This document shows, piece after piece, positions 25,061 to 38,065 of a DNA stretch of 64,000 nt. The DNA is from Psammoneis japonica. Its lineage: Eukaryota. Position 1 is the first letter of the stretch. Each line of letters opens with the position of its first letter. Below the pieces are notes generated by a model, which saw nothing but the letters and a program-made list of their open reading frames with translations, made no database searches and was not told where the DNA came from. The stretch spans positions 124,001 to 188,000 of the forward strand of contig QPGO01000033.1 of NCBI GenBank assembly GCA_008632985.1. The letters are read 5' to 3'. A program made the position numbers and the translations under genes.

Positions 25061-26468
25061 ATGGGGAAGAAAAAGAAGGGAAGCGCCAAGAAGAAAACGG
25101 ACACAAGCACTCAAGACCCCGCAGTCGCACTGGACCCAAGCTCCTTGGAATTGTGCAACAAAGCGTGTGGACACATGCAAAAGACACGTCAACACTGGGA
25201 TGCGATTGAAACCCAGGTGAACAAAATTGAAAGACAAGCGCTTCATTTCATGCTTCGAAAAATCATGGCTGCAGCGAATTTTTTCGAAGAGAACACATTT
25301 GGCCAACAAATCAAAGGTGTTCATTTGTGCACATTTCATGATCTGCTGGAGGCGATTGACGTTGATGGAGAGTCGTTGTTTGACGCCTTTCGGGCACGTG
25401 CCGCATGCTTGGCTGGACTTCGCACTGTTTTAGACGCAGAACAAAAACAGGACATAAGCTGGATCAAGGAGGAGGTGAAAATGAGTCGAGAATTTGTCAA
25501 GGTGCTGGCGAGAGAGGAAGAAGTTGCTGGAGGCCTTCACGAACTGTTTGAACAAAATGGAGACACCAGCGCACAAGTTGTTGTGCTCTCAATCTTTTCC
25601 ATCGTCACTGAGACAACAATGGCTTTTGTGGAACCACAAGAATCTCGACCTGCGAACAACAAGCTGGACCGTGCCCTGCTCGAGAAAACTGCTCAGCAGC
25701 AATGTCCCGACGACTTTTGCAAAAACAAACTCGATGCCACCAGAAAGCACAATGCAGCATCCGAACAGTGGGCTCAAATTGACTGGAAAACTCCAGGCTC
25801 AGTCAACATGTGGCACACCTGCGAAGCCCACATGTGCAACCCTCATGTGCCTGTCTCCTCGCGGAACGGACCCACCCACTGTTGTCGTTGGATGTTGCGC
25901 AAGTCGCTTGTCAAGGATCTGGAACCATGGCCGAAGCACTCCGAGCAGCTCCCGACCTCCATCATAATTGGTCTTCAGACTTGGCGGCATCGCGATTGGA
26001 GGCAATGCTTGATTCCCCGTGCACCACCGAAGACTGCAGTTTCCACAGCACGATCATGCACCTTGGAGAGTGCGCCAAACAGCAGGGCAACACTGCGTTT
26101 CGAAAAGGTGACATTTCAACCGCACTTGAATGCTGTGCTCGTGCCGCTGGATTAGTCCACTGGATTGGACACCAAACAAAGCCATCTACTTGAGCAAAGC
26201 TGCCCAGTGCTTGCTCAAACTTGAACAATGCGAAGCAGCTGTCCGTGCCTGCACTTCTGCCATCCAGATAGATTCGAACAATTTCAAGTCGTGGCTACGG
26301 CGCAGCATTCAACGCGCCATGTCTACTTCCGCAGGACTTCAGCTGAGCGCTGAAGAAAAGCAAAAGAATGAAGCACGTCTCATGCAATTACGCAAGCGAA
26401 TGTCGCCGGATAGTGCCTGCGACGCCTTGGCCCGTGTCTACAATTACTTGGCAACGATGGCGAGTTAG
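25061..26468 (+). pseudogene. TPR-containing host gene, TpA-hypermutated and frameshifted
   Basis: MGKKKKGSAKKK start; 364 aa with no Tyr; TPR segments KQQGNTAFRKGDISTALECCARA and AIYLSKAAQCLLKLEQCEAAVRACTSAIQID. Confidence 0.7.
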
Positions 26469-27979
26469 CATTGGCGCAAGGGATGTCACTCATCAAGGCA
26501 TTGGCACAGCAGTTCAATGGAAGTCATGATCAAGATCGTCGTTCTTGTCTGGCGTTGACTTAGCTACTGCTCTCAAAATGTACTCGACTACTCTAGCTCG
26601 ACGCGCTTTTCCTGGCTTGGAAAACAACGAAAACTTGCTTTGCCTGTCCAGCTTTCAGTACGAGGCAGCCGTGGCCATATTGGAGAATATCAAGACTTTG
26701 CTTTTTCACTCCGGATGATGTCGAAGCTCTGATCTTGCGATCCAAGTAGCGTTTCAAGTGGGAGAACTGGATATTTGCCAGAACGATATTCTCGCCCTCA
26801 AGGATCGTAGCAATGGCCATGACCCGACGATTGCGGGATGGAGGCAAAGCTCAAGGACCGCTCCAAGAAAATCAACCAAGATTTAAGTGCAACGCCCTAT
26901 TGCGCCACCGATCTCAAGGACTCCAACAAGGTGCACGAAGTCATGGTGGTAAATATCGGCATGGTCTCAAGACAAAAAATATCCAAAAATCCGTTAGCAG
27001 AGTTATGGGCATACCCAACGGTGGCGACGAAATGTTTCGCGACGCCCGGCAAGTGCAAGAAGAAATGATTGAATGTCACATGATTCCTACCTTTCGCGAC
27101 TATTTCTGGTGTAGCGCCAATTCGATTCGAATTCTGAAGGAAAAATGGAACCGTCTAATACGGACCAGCAGATCTGTATTACGAGCTTGATCGACCCCTC
27201 TTCTTTGGATGCATCGTAAAACGTCTGGCTCCCTTTGGTGACAGTCGGTATGACAACAGAGGACCATTTGCGGCATCGCAAGCCCGCGTGACAGAGAATC
27301 GCTATTGACGTCCAGTATTTGCATGAAATATGGGCCCGTGCCATGGCAGGTGATTCTAGTTTGTCGTTTGCGTCAGCAGTCGAAAGATCGACTGCTCCTG
27401 AAATTGTTCCTCGACTTGCAAAAGGCCGAGCTTGCATCCCGCTCTCCCAAGTGAGCATACTGGGCCAGCTCTTGCTTGTGGTCTTGAATCGTGGGCCATC
27501 AATGATTCCTAGCGCATCGTGGAGGTTGGACAGGTGTTTAGAGCGCTCGTGCCCCCTGTGGTTACCGTGGCAATCGTTGGAAGTGGTTGATTCTGCTGGA
27601 GGTGTGTTGGCGGCTAGCGTTTTGGCGCAGTGTAGCCAGTGCAAGCAGCAGCTGCGCATTCATTCCTATTCTCGTGTAGTGCTTAGAATGGCCATGACGA
27701 GAAGGGGAGTTTGGTTTGTCGAGATTGCGAAAGTGGAATCCGACATTTCCGTGGCATGTATCATCTCTCGAGGAAAGATTTGCATGAAAAAGCAGCTTCG
27801 GCCGCCATGGCGGCTTTATTTTCCGACCCGGAACCCCATAAGCAGATCTTGACGATTGCTATGCAGCAGACGCATATTCTGATGAGCCGATTGGACTGGA
27901 TGACGGCAGCATTTGATCTTATCGAGGATCGCCTCATGGGCGATGCTGCGCCTCAGTCATTGGAGGCGATCGTCGACCT

Positions 27980-28705
27980 TTGAACGCCACATCGAATGCC
28001 ATGTTGGCCGAGGAAGAGGAAGAAGATGATGAGATGCAATGCAGTGGACAGCAAGAAAACGAGGATGTCGACGAGCATTTGAGATTGTTGAAGGAATGTT
28101 CCGTCAATGCCATGCTCTCGCTGAACTTATTCGGATCTCTTGATGATGTTGGCGATTTGGATGCGAATGCCAAAGTATGTGCAAATTGTGGGAAAGATGA
28201 TGCCCCTCAGAAATGCGCGGGGTGCCGTGCTCTGTGCTTTTGTTCCCAAGATTGTTTTACGAATCAATGGAAAGCATCACACAAGAAATGTTGTCTGCGG
28301 GCGGAAACTGTAGCCTACATTTTTGATCGCTTGGTGAACACTAACCAGAATCTGACACTCGTCGAGTCCAAGACTCTGGCCAGCATGATTTCGGGCCCTT
28401 TGATGGAATCAGAACGGCACCGGCGCAAGCTTGGCAAAGCTCACCCCCAAGGAGCTGCCCAAATTGCATCCCTTTTTGAAACTGTGGAAAAGAGCGAGGG
28501 TAACTTGGACTATCTTGAACACCTCTCAATGATTTTGCTCGCCATCTGCAGTCGCAGAGCTGGTCGCAGAGGTATGGACACTGACGGTCTGTTCGGTCTA
28601 CAAAGAGCTCTCATGGATGGTGATTTCTCTTCGCCTCATAACATTATGTTGGCCAAAGTCTTCAGATTGATGGGTCGATCCAGCACTCGCACACGCTCGC
28701 CGTGA
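27980..28705 (+). CDS. MYND zinc-finger protein (start uncertain; possibly the 3' part of the TPR gene)
   Basis: CANC...KCAGC...FCSQDC...W...HKKCC. Confidence 0.75.
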   Translation: MNATSNAMLAEEEEEDDEMQCSGQQENEDVDEHLRLLKECSVNAMLSLNLFGSLDDVGDLDANAKVCANCGKDDAPQKCAGCRALCFCSQDCFTNQWKASHKKCCLRAETVAYIFDRLVNTNQNLTLVESKTLASMISGPLMESERHRRKLGKAHPQGAAQIASLFETVEKSEGNLDYLEHLSMILLAICSRRAGRRGMDTDGLFGLQRALMDGDFSSPHNIMLAKVFRLMGRSSTRTRSP

Positions 28706-29154
28706 GAGAATAGGAAGGAAGAACCAAGCAGTTTCTGCTGTTGCATATTTTAGATACTCGGATATCATTTCTTGGACTGTTTTTGTTGTTGGCGTGGGTT
28801 CAGCAGATAGAGGTCGCTCTATGAGCTTGCCTTCTTTCTCCTTTCAGAAACGCAAGACTCTAGAATAGATCGAAGCTAGTTAGCGTAGGAGTCGACCTAC
28901 TTCTTCTCGAACGACTGGCTGCAAAATATCCTTCATTTCACAGGATAATGAGCCACTTGTTCCAAACACAACACACGTCACCCATCAGCCGCGACATATA
29001 CCATAACAATTCACTGTATGTTGGATGTCCTGTATGAGACTAGCAAGACTACTGTACTGAAACCTGAAATGGTGGCTTTTCTCTCTAGAATCTATTTCAG
29101 TAACAAAGTTTAGGTAAATCAAGCGACCTTCCGGTTGCGTTTGGAATCGTCCAC

Positions 29155-29236
29155 CTCTCTCGATCTTACAAAAGGTACGTAGACAAGAAGACAATCTCTC
29201 TCGATCTTACAAAAGGTACATACACAAGAAGACAAT
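29155..29236. repeat. 41-bp tandem duplication
   Basis: CTCTCTCGATCTTACAAAAGGTAC(G/A)TA(G/C)ACAAGAAGACAAT present twice. Confidence 0.9.
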
Positions 29237-32200
29237 CAGGCCGAAAGAAGCGTGCCAAGCAAGCTGACGAACACACATTTGCGCATCAGACGTCGGTACG
29301 TTCGTCGGAGACTGATTGGGGTAGCTGTTTGAGGTGATGAAGGTTGGCTTGATGGAGAAAGACCTGAAATAATGCTGGGAGGCGCAGTTGATGCGAATGG
29401 GTCCTCAACGCCAGCTTTGTATTTGATATTCCCATTGAAGACTCGACCCGGATACGACCTTCCAAATTTATACTCGACGCCTCGTCCGACCAAGACGCTA
29501 ACTATACCGTCGCTGACAAAGACATCCCCTTCTTTGATCCCGGATGTTTGATCTGAATACCTTAGTTCGGGTGTTTTCACGGGAAGCGAAACGTAGAAGG
29601 CCTGTTTCCGTCCACTCTTTATCCTCACAGGTTTGAAGAACTTTGGTAGCTCCGTTAACTCGTCTTCACCCTTTCCAATCACAGGGACTGACTGCACTAT
29701 TGTCCACAAACCATCGGCATTGTTCTTCACGTATTTGCCGGAACGGGTCCAAACAGTTACGACAACATTGGAAGTGAGGCGAATAAGAATGTCAAACCCA
29801 ACTATATCCACATCTGTTGCAACAGTGAGTTCGAACATGCATCCTGTATGGCACGACGCAAAGATAAAATGTAAGGACAACCACGCAAAACGAGCTTCCT
29901 CGTCACACGAAGCGGTGAAACGTACCTGCTTGTCCATTTCCCGCAGCATCAGTGGTAAAGAGAGTTGCCATCGCACCGGACTGAACTGGAGTAGAAGTGG
30001 TAGGGGGGGTAGGTAAAAGAGTCGGTAAAAGAGTGTTCACCGGTGGTGTTGGTCCAGCAGGGATACCAGTGCCAATCTTGTACTTTAGTTTGCCGTTCCA
30101 TATTCGGTCGGGGTACGTCGTTAGGAAAGGGTACTCCACGCCTCTGCCTATTTTCAGCGAAACAGTCCCATCTGAGACAAACCGTTTCCCCTCACTACCT
30201 TTCTCGGCATCAGTATATCGAAGGTCATTGGAATCCACAGGCAGCGTGATGTAAAACGCCTGTGTTGCACCTTCCGAGACCTTGACGGGGTTCGAAAGAT
30301 GTGGAAGCTTTGTGAGCTCAAATTCACCTTTTCCCTTTACGGTAGCAATTTGGACGATCGTCCATAACCCATCGTTATCGTTTGTGACGTAATGGCCTGG
30401 ACGAGTGAAGATAACAACGTCGACATCTGATGTGAGGCGAGTGTGAATGTCAAAGCCTACAATTTCAACATCTTCCTTTACGTCAATATCGAACATGTTG
30501 CCTAAAGTGCCAAGCAAAATGAAATTGGTAAGACTTTAAAAAGCAAAGCAGCAGCTGAATCGCAACGACAGCCTTGTCACACACCTGACTGTCCGTTTCC
30601 CGCAGCATCTGTGGTGAAAAGCGTTTCAATCGCTATGGGTGGCGGAAGTGTTGGTTGCGGTGGCGGAGTTGGTTTTGGTGCTTCTGTGTTCACACAGGTG
30701 TTGGAGTGCGAACATTGACCGGTGAAAGAGTTGCAGGTATCAACTGTACATGAGTCGTTGTCGTTACAATCGGAATTCTTTTCACACTCCACGGCTGTTC
30801 TAAAACTCGCGACTTTTGCTACCACATCATTAATGCGACGTGCACAGTCATTGTACTCGTCACCCAATGGTGCAGAGTTTACTCCATCATACTTGAACTG
30901 AGGAAACCAGATCGCACGAAACCGCGAAACCATGAGTCTAACGGCAGTGGCATTACCGTGACGTTCGACTGCGCCGCACTACACTGACTTACCTTTCTTA
31001 GTGGAGTTGAGAACCTCTGGATTCGGGGACACCCACCTCCTTTATTGTTGTCACATTGATCAGTAATACAATGGTAAGCTAGTATGGTACGAAACCGGGC
31101 TTTGGGATCTCTCCATCCAAAGTTGTACTTATTTTTGTCCACGCAGTTTTCGCTTTGCCCTCGATCATGCTGGCAACCTATCCAAAGAGCAATGTGGGGA
31201 AAAGCTGCGTTAGTTGCAAAACGGTCGTGGAAGACTCGCGTTCACACAAGGACTGGCTCACCCATGTTGTGTCCTAAGCGCGTCATAAGATAGTTAAAGA
31301 GAATAGAAGACAAGCAAGTCAGTTTCGCACATGACTTTAATATGAGGACCGCAGGAGAAAAGCGAAAAACGACTTACCAATCTCATGCCCAAAGCTGAAG
31401 ACACCAGTAGAACATTTCCAGTTGGTGACAGAGAACATCTTTTTTTAATCATCACCGCCGCACCAGTGAACAATAGAGAACAGCGTGACACTGGTCAAAT
31501 GAGTGCAGCAAGAGGCATCAACATTTCAGCAACTGAGAGTCACATTTTGACTTACAAAACTATCTGATGGCCCAACCCATGCGGTTCCACAAATTCCTCC
31601 ATCAGATCTACCCGCCACAATCAGAGCAACAAGATCGGCTCCGTATTCATCACGTTTTTCATGAACGTCATCCATCTTCCCGTCGTCACTGTAGGTGATA
31701 TCAGCAAGCGCAGTGGTGGCTTGCCTGTATTTTGTTGTAGGTTCAACGTAGGTCTCGTCTCTGTAGGCATGAACAAGACGCAGTTGCGTATGAATTCCAC
31801 TTTCGGTGTATGCAATGTTGGTCTCTTCGATCGCTAGTTCTATCAGCCCTATCATTCCTTCGGTCGTAGCTTGGTTGATTCGACAGTCCACAGGCTTAGA
31901 TATTCGCGCACACTCTGTAGTATTTGATGAGTCGAGGCAAAGATTGGGGTGGGTTAAAAGCAATGTACTCCTGTAGTCAAAGGCATTCGCGATTAAGTTC
32001 CAACCAAATAATGCACATCCAACATACAGTACCTGCATCTCTTGTCCACACAACCATTACGTCAATAGTTTCACCATTATCACTAACAAGCTTTCGTCGA
32101 TTACCATTCTCGTCGAAATCAAATCGTGGCTTTGACTTTACAACCTTGGAGAGTTTTCTCTTCACATTCTTTAGCTTTCTATTTGGAACCATACCTTCCT

Positions 32201-32660
32201 TGGGAGGAACGACAGGATCGGTTTCAGGCGGGACATCAGCCCATGGAGTTACAGTCACTCGAGTGATTCCAAACTCGTCCGGTCCAAACTGGTAGACATT
32301 GTTTTCGTCCGAGATGGAGCCAAAATACAAGGTTGTGTTTGGTCCAGGGCCACGTGTTTCCAGCTCTCGAGTGACAACGTCCATCGACGCCAGCCCGGAT
32401 TCCCCATGAAACATGTCGCTTCGACTTGGTCTTGTTTGTTTAAATGTTCTAGTGATCCCATGCCCAAGCTCGATTTCGATATCCTCGATATCCATCAGGA
32501 CCCCTCCCCTCAAGTCCGATATATCGAATTGACAATTGTTGTTGCCCGAACAGCCTTGAATCTTTTTCAGTCTCTTCTTGATGGTTTTCGTGCTTGTCGC
32601 GTTTGAGGAAGCGGCAACAGCCAGAATCATCAAAAAGGAAATTTGTAAATCGGCTCTCAT
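29236..32660 (-). CDS. Secreted reprolysin-like (M12B-like) zinc metalloprotease with two C-terminal ~130-aa repeat domains; multi-exon; 3' end approximate
   Basis: Signal peptide, TIDVMVVWT, RDEYGADLVAL, spliced HEIGHNMGCQHD, FRTILAY, Cys-rich segment, Pro-rich linkers, duplicated G.MF...IVGFDI...QAFY..L...NG..KY domain. Confidence 0.85.
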
Positions 32661-33058
32661 TGCGCACGATTGTAAGGGGGGGTTAATCTCTTCTTAGTTC
32701 ATTAGGTTGAAACTTGTGCCGGTGCGAGAAGAGGTTTGGCCAAAAGATGATGAGAGTACGTGTCCCTGCGGCTTCGCTCTGCTGTGGTGGACAAAAAAAG
32801 TGAGATCGGCAAACTCAAAAAGAAGAATTGACGAAGATCAGTACGAGGCATCGTAGGTTTCTACGTAATAATTGTTTGAAGTTTGAGTCGTGGCTAGTTT
32901 TGCGGTGAAAAAGAGCTCGAGCGTCCGAAAGCGCAAGTGTCAACGTGACATCATGATGACGAGAGGCAGCTGTTGGATCTTCTTTTTTCCATCGTTTTGT
33001 GTTTTGCGTCCGAAATGGTAATAAAACGCAAGGCCGTACCAGCTGCTACCACCTCACC

Positions 33059-34121
33059 ATGAGACAAGAACGCCCAAGCCCAACCTCTATGGAGGGTATG
33101 ATCTGGAATGGTAAGTGAACGATGCAGCGGCGGAGTGCTTGAGAGATCTGAGTGGGAGACGAGAGGCGCCGTCATGCAACTGCCTTCCATCCCCAAAAAC
33201 CGTGACTCACGCATCCGCCCCCGCTTTTGCTGACAGCCAACCACATTCTCGAAAAGGCCTGAATCCTGTAAGTGAGATCTAATAAAATCTGTGACTGATT
33301 GATGGTTGTCATGAAAAACTAAATCCGGTAATTTTCTTACGTCGACATCGGCTGCTTCCATCTTATCGCATAATCCGAACTCTGATACTTAGAACATCAA
33401 TGGACTCCCCAAGTCTCTCTTTGACAAGTGCGTTGGCGTCGTAATTCTCAACGCCGTCCAAGCCGGACTTATATTCTCGGGAACCGTTGGCAGTGGTATT
33501 GCCATGAAGAAAACGGCGACCGGGTGGTCTCCTCCCTGCGCTGTCGGGCTCGGTGGCTTTGGCTTTGGACTTGTGGGTGGCGTTTCTGCTACTGATCTTG
33601 TCTTTTTCATCATGGACGACGAAACCATGAAGTCGATTGTCGCTGATCATGGCTTTAGCTTTGGTGCTGATCTTCAGCTTGCCATTGGGCCGTTCGGCAG
33701 ATCCGCAGAGGTCTCTGACATTATTGGAAACGGCGAGCTCGGCGCAGCCTTTGCCATTGCCTACTCCAAGGGTCTCTTTGGAAGTTTTCAAGCCAAGGGT
33801 GCCAAGCTTGGTGTTCGTTCGTTTGTCAACAACAAGTTCTACAACAGCACCGCTTCTGGAACAGACATTTGCTTCACTCCTGGAAGTGTCAAAGTCCCTG
33901 AAGGCAAGGTTACCATGCTCCAAGAGGTGTATGACAAGCTCAACAAGTGTGCTGCCGGACTTACCGCCGAACCCGATGCCGCTGAAGAATCCAAAAAGGA
34001 AGCCGCCAAGGAAGCGGCTGAAAAGGAAAATTCGGTCATCAAGAGCGCGCCTGAAGCCGAGGTCGTTGAGGTGCAAGATGCTGTGGATTCCGAGGCCGCC
34101 AAGGAAGCCGCTCATGCTTAA
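33059..34121 (+). CDS. SYLF/Ysc84-domain protein (copy A; 1-bp deletion in exon 2 creates TGA)
   Basis: Exons 33059-33110, 33237-33267, 33393-34121; GLIFSGTVGSG, WSPPCAVG, DLVFFIM, GPFGRSAE, YSKGLF. Confidence 0.85.
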
Positions 34122-37100
34122 TGCATTGCATGAGAAGCATTTTTTTTATTCATATGAAAGTAAATTTAATATGTTGTGGTGATTGAATGTTGAAGAATGA
34201 TTGGCAAAAGGATGCATCAAGTGGGATCGTCTAGTGACTTTAGGATTCTACCTGTACGTCTTTACTAAAACCTGTGTTTTAATACACCTTCAAGGACATG
34301 TTATTTTTGCAACAGGAATCACCAAACCAAAATGGTCATAATCCAAAGTACAGCAAAATCATTTTTTCGATTTTCTCAATAACCAATCTAAAGGGAAAAA
34401 ATGTTCTCTTGCTTATGGGCTTACTACCGTGCCACACCATCCTCGAGTTGGTGGTGCTGCAGCCTCCGCTGGCACAGTGTGTGTCAAGCAAGAGGACCCC
34501 ATCGTGGCCAGAGCTTGATTGTTGGGTTTGGGATGCTCCACACCACATGTCGGAGCATTTGCAACATGGAAAAAAATGGCCACTGCATGACAGCAGCTGG
34601 CAATCGGAACACCATCACCAGCAGCACAAGAAATTGGCAGCAACTGAAAAAAGTGGCCATTTGCCAGAGAAATGAGCTGTCTGGACAAACATCACTTCTT
34701 GAAAAGGCGATTGCACGTGCTTGAAATGCAAACAGGATTTTTTGCTGATGAGCAGAGGAAGAGACAGAGATGTGACTAAGGAGACATTTAAATTGTGAGA
34801 CTGCTGGTGAGTGATTTGGCTTGATGTGTGGGGCTGCAATTCTTTTGCCGACAGCCCCCACCTTGGGCCCCTGAAGGCACCCCAGCAAGAAAGTTGTCAC
34901 CCTCTCCAGCAATGCAATGAAGTGCACTGCCAAACCTGCCACCACTGGAAACCACACAATTTCCCCTGCCCTGACCCGCCCCTGTGCCACTTGCTCAGGG
35001 CCTCCAAAAAAGACTTCAAAATGGCATCACTGTGCTCATCATCAACAGCCATCAGAAGACTGCAGGAGATCAGATCAGTTCTTTTGCAGATGCCCAGCAA
35101 CAAGAAGATTGTTGAAGAGAGTCGGATTTCTCTGGGAGGCAGTCAGATGTGTTGGTGGTCAGTCCATGACACAGCAGGCACAAATGTCTTCAAAGTTCAC
35201 ACTGCAAACAACACTTGCCAGCTGGTCTGGTTGTGTCAGCCAGTCAATCACAGAGACTGATTGTTGTGGTTGCAGCCTGGACCTGCAGCATGATGAGTGC
35301 TTTGCAGCCTGGAACAACCATGAAAAAATTTTGGACTGTCAAATGGCACATCCAAGCAAACAAGAGCAGGATCCATGGTTTGTTGACAGAAGAACAGCAT
35401 TTCAAGTTGGTCTTAAAATTTCTCCTGGAAAAGCCATTCTTGAGACATGGAGACCAGCTTGAAAATGTGATGGATGAACCAATTGAGAAGATTGCAGCAA
35501 TGGTGGCATCTGAGCATCACGTGCTGTCCTGCATCCTGGTGCCAATGAAGGGTGTTGCACAGAAGTTTCACTTGATGGCAATGGCAAAGGTGGTCAAGCA
35601 ATGGGCAGCAGAGCAATTGGCAGCAAAACAATGGGATGAGGAGGGGAATGGAAAGTGGCAGTTTCAGTGGAAGTGTCAACAGCATGACCGTTCCACCTCT
35701 TCACAGATGTGTGCATGTGAAATCTGGCAGACAAAACCACTTTTTCCTGTTGTTGGAGAACAAATGACAACACCCCCACTGCAACATGTTTGCAACTGAA
35801 AACAGCAATTAAAATGTCTTCAACTCAAGTGGAAGATCAGGATCAGTGGGAGCCAAATGCCAGCTCTCATGCTTCTTCCTCATCACTTCTTTCTTGGCCA
35901 AGGGGGGGGGGGGGGTCACTGCAACAGATCCACTTTCTGACAGCTGTCTCTGCCTTTTTCAGGTCTTTGCATTTTTCAGTCCACCATGCCTTTTTCCAAA
36001 GAGAGCTTGTCTAGATTCTGATGCACTTTTTCTGCCTTTGCTTTGGTGAACATCTGTGCAACAGCTGGAGTGCAACAAGTGCCAGAGCTTTCCAATCTGG
36101 CCAGACATTTGACCCCAGTTCTGGATGTTGTTGTCAGTGTCATCCTGCTCATTGAAGCCAATTTTAAATGCCTGGGTCAAAAGACTCCTGTCACACATGA
36201 GTGGGAAAAGCACAGTTGTTGTTTTTTGAAAATCTTTCTTCCATTTGACCAAAGACCTCGGGATCATCTTCCAGGCATGCCCACTGAAAACAGAGGTCAC
36301 ATGCAGTGAGAGTTGCACATGTCCAGAATTGGGAGAATGACAATGCAGCCGCCTCTGAAATCTTGAAATCCATGGCCAGAAATGATTTAGAAGTGGGGCC
36401 TCAGTGACTTCTTTGACTTTAAGCACACTGCAATGAATTTGCCAAAACATTCCATGTGTCCAGCTGGAAGCCAGCCAACTTTGGATTGAGCTGGGATTTT
36501 CTCAACCATTTTTTGGTGGCAGATCAACAAGGCTTTGATCAAGACAAAGAGAGACATTGGTGGCTGGCAGACCCCAAATGCACAGGGCCAATGCAAGGAC
36601 AAACACCTTCCAATGATTTTCAAGGCCTGTCTCACCACCATTGCTGCAAATCACTTGGCAAGTGGGCTCCTCAATCTCTCCATGGCTTACAAGCAAGCAA
36701 TTGCACCATCAGATCCTGCTCTGGAGACAAGTTGCAGACCCAACAAGTTGCAGCTGACTGACTGGGTTGGCAACGATGTCAAAGAACTTGATGTCAGCAG
36801 TGTCTCACAGAAGAAAACCATTGGTCATTTGTGTTTGTTTGTTTTGATGATGGTGCAATGCCCACGACTAAAAAGCACACTGGGAAAATGAGGCGCTGTG
36901 GTTGGTGGTCAGAAAATTCCATTTTTGTCTCTAAAAGATCAAATGGATCAGTTTTCAGTTGAACTGTGAGCGCAGCTGTGCTCAATTTGGGCTCCAAGCC
37001 AAGAGAGCTGCCATCACATTGACAATCTTTGGATGCTGTTTGCTTGCACCATGTCATCTCCGTTTGCACCATTGGAAACAAGAGGCCAAGAGCATGCTGA

Positions 37101-37544
37101 CAATGCAACAACAACTGCATTAAATGAGCAGGGCCACAGCCACATGGACCCAGTCTTCACCCAAGGCAGACATGTCTTGTTTTGTTTTCAATGCTTTGTG
37201 GGTCTGATCAACATTGACAGCAAACACAAGAACTCCCAACAGTGACAAGGTGGTGGCATCTTTGTGTCTTGCTTGCTGAACTCTAATTTGTCCCCCCATG
37301 CACTGGGCATCTAGAGTGGGGTTCTGAAGAAAGAATGTTGCAGGTGGCAAGAACGTGTCAACTGTGCTGGACCATCTAGATTGCTGTCATTCCAAGCATT
37401 TGAAGCATTGGTCATTGGCTGACAATCACTCCTCGACTTGTCCATGTTTGTCACAGTGGCAGTCGCCAAGGTTGCACACAATTTTCATGCACCAAAAACT
37501 GCGTGGACGGTGACCTGAACTGACCTTCACACATCAACAGATGA

Positions 37545-38065
37545 CAGCAATTGGGTGATCGCCACTCTGTTCTGTCACCCAAGTGCTGTGCCACATGATG
37601 GGACTCATGGTGGCAAACCACATCTTCTGGGATTTGTGTGGACTTGATGCAAGCCCTGACCTGATGGAATGGTGCAAAGGCAACTCCAGTGGGGCACTCT
37701 TGTGTCCTGCATGAGCGGGACTCATGACACACCCAACATCATTTTAAGCTGCAGTTTGCAACAGTTGCGTGCAAACCACAGCACGAAGAACTGAGTGCTT
37801 GGCACCGTGGGATGATGGGTGATGGGGTGCAAGCATTGGATGATCTGGCCTTTGTCCAGTGGTTGGTGCTGCAGCAATTGGGTGGTTGCCGCTGTGTTCT
37901 GACACCCAAGTGATTGATGCTGCACCACACAATGGGGCTCATGGTGGCAAGCCACATCTCCTGAGATTTGTGCAGGTTTGATGCAAGCCCTGATCTGACA
38001 GAATGGTGCAAAGGAAATTCCAGTGGGGCATCCTTGGATCCCACATGCATGAGCGGGACTCATGA
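37545..38065. repeat. Two diverged ~185-195-bp direct repeats (37545-37727 and 37872-38065)
   Basis: Both run CAGCAATTGGGTG...GAATGGTGCAAAGG...TGCATGAGCGGGACTCATGA. Confidence 0.85.

Larger units (their letters stand above)
13440..26250. other. TpA-depleted hypermutated domain 1 (also CpG-poor up to ~24 kb)
   Basis: Only about 35 TA dinucleotides by eye in 13.5-24.9 kb; ORFs are Cys/His-rich and nearly Tyr-free. Confidence 0.92.
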
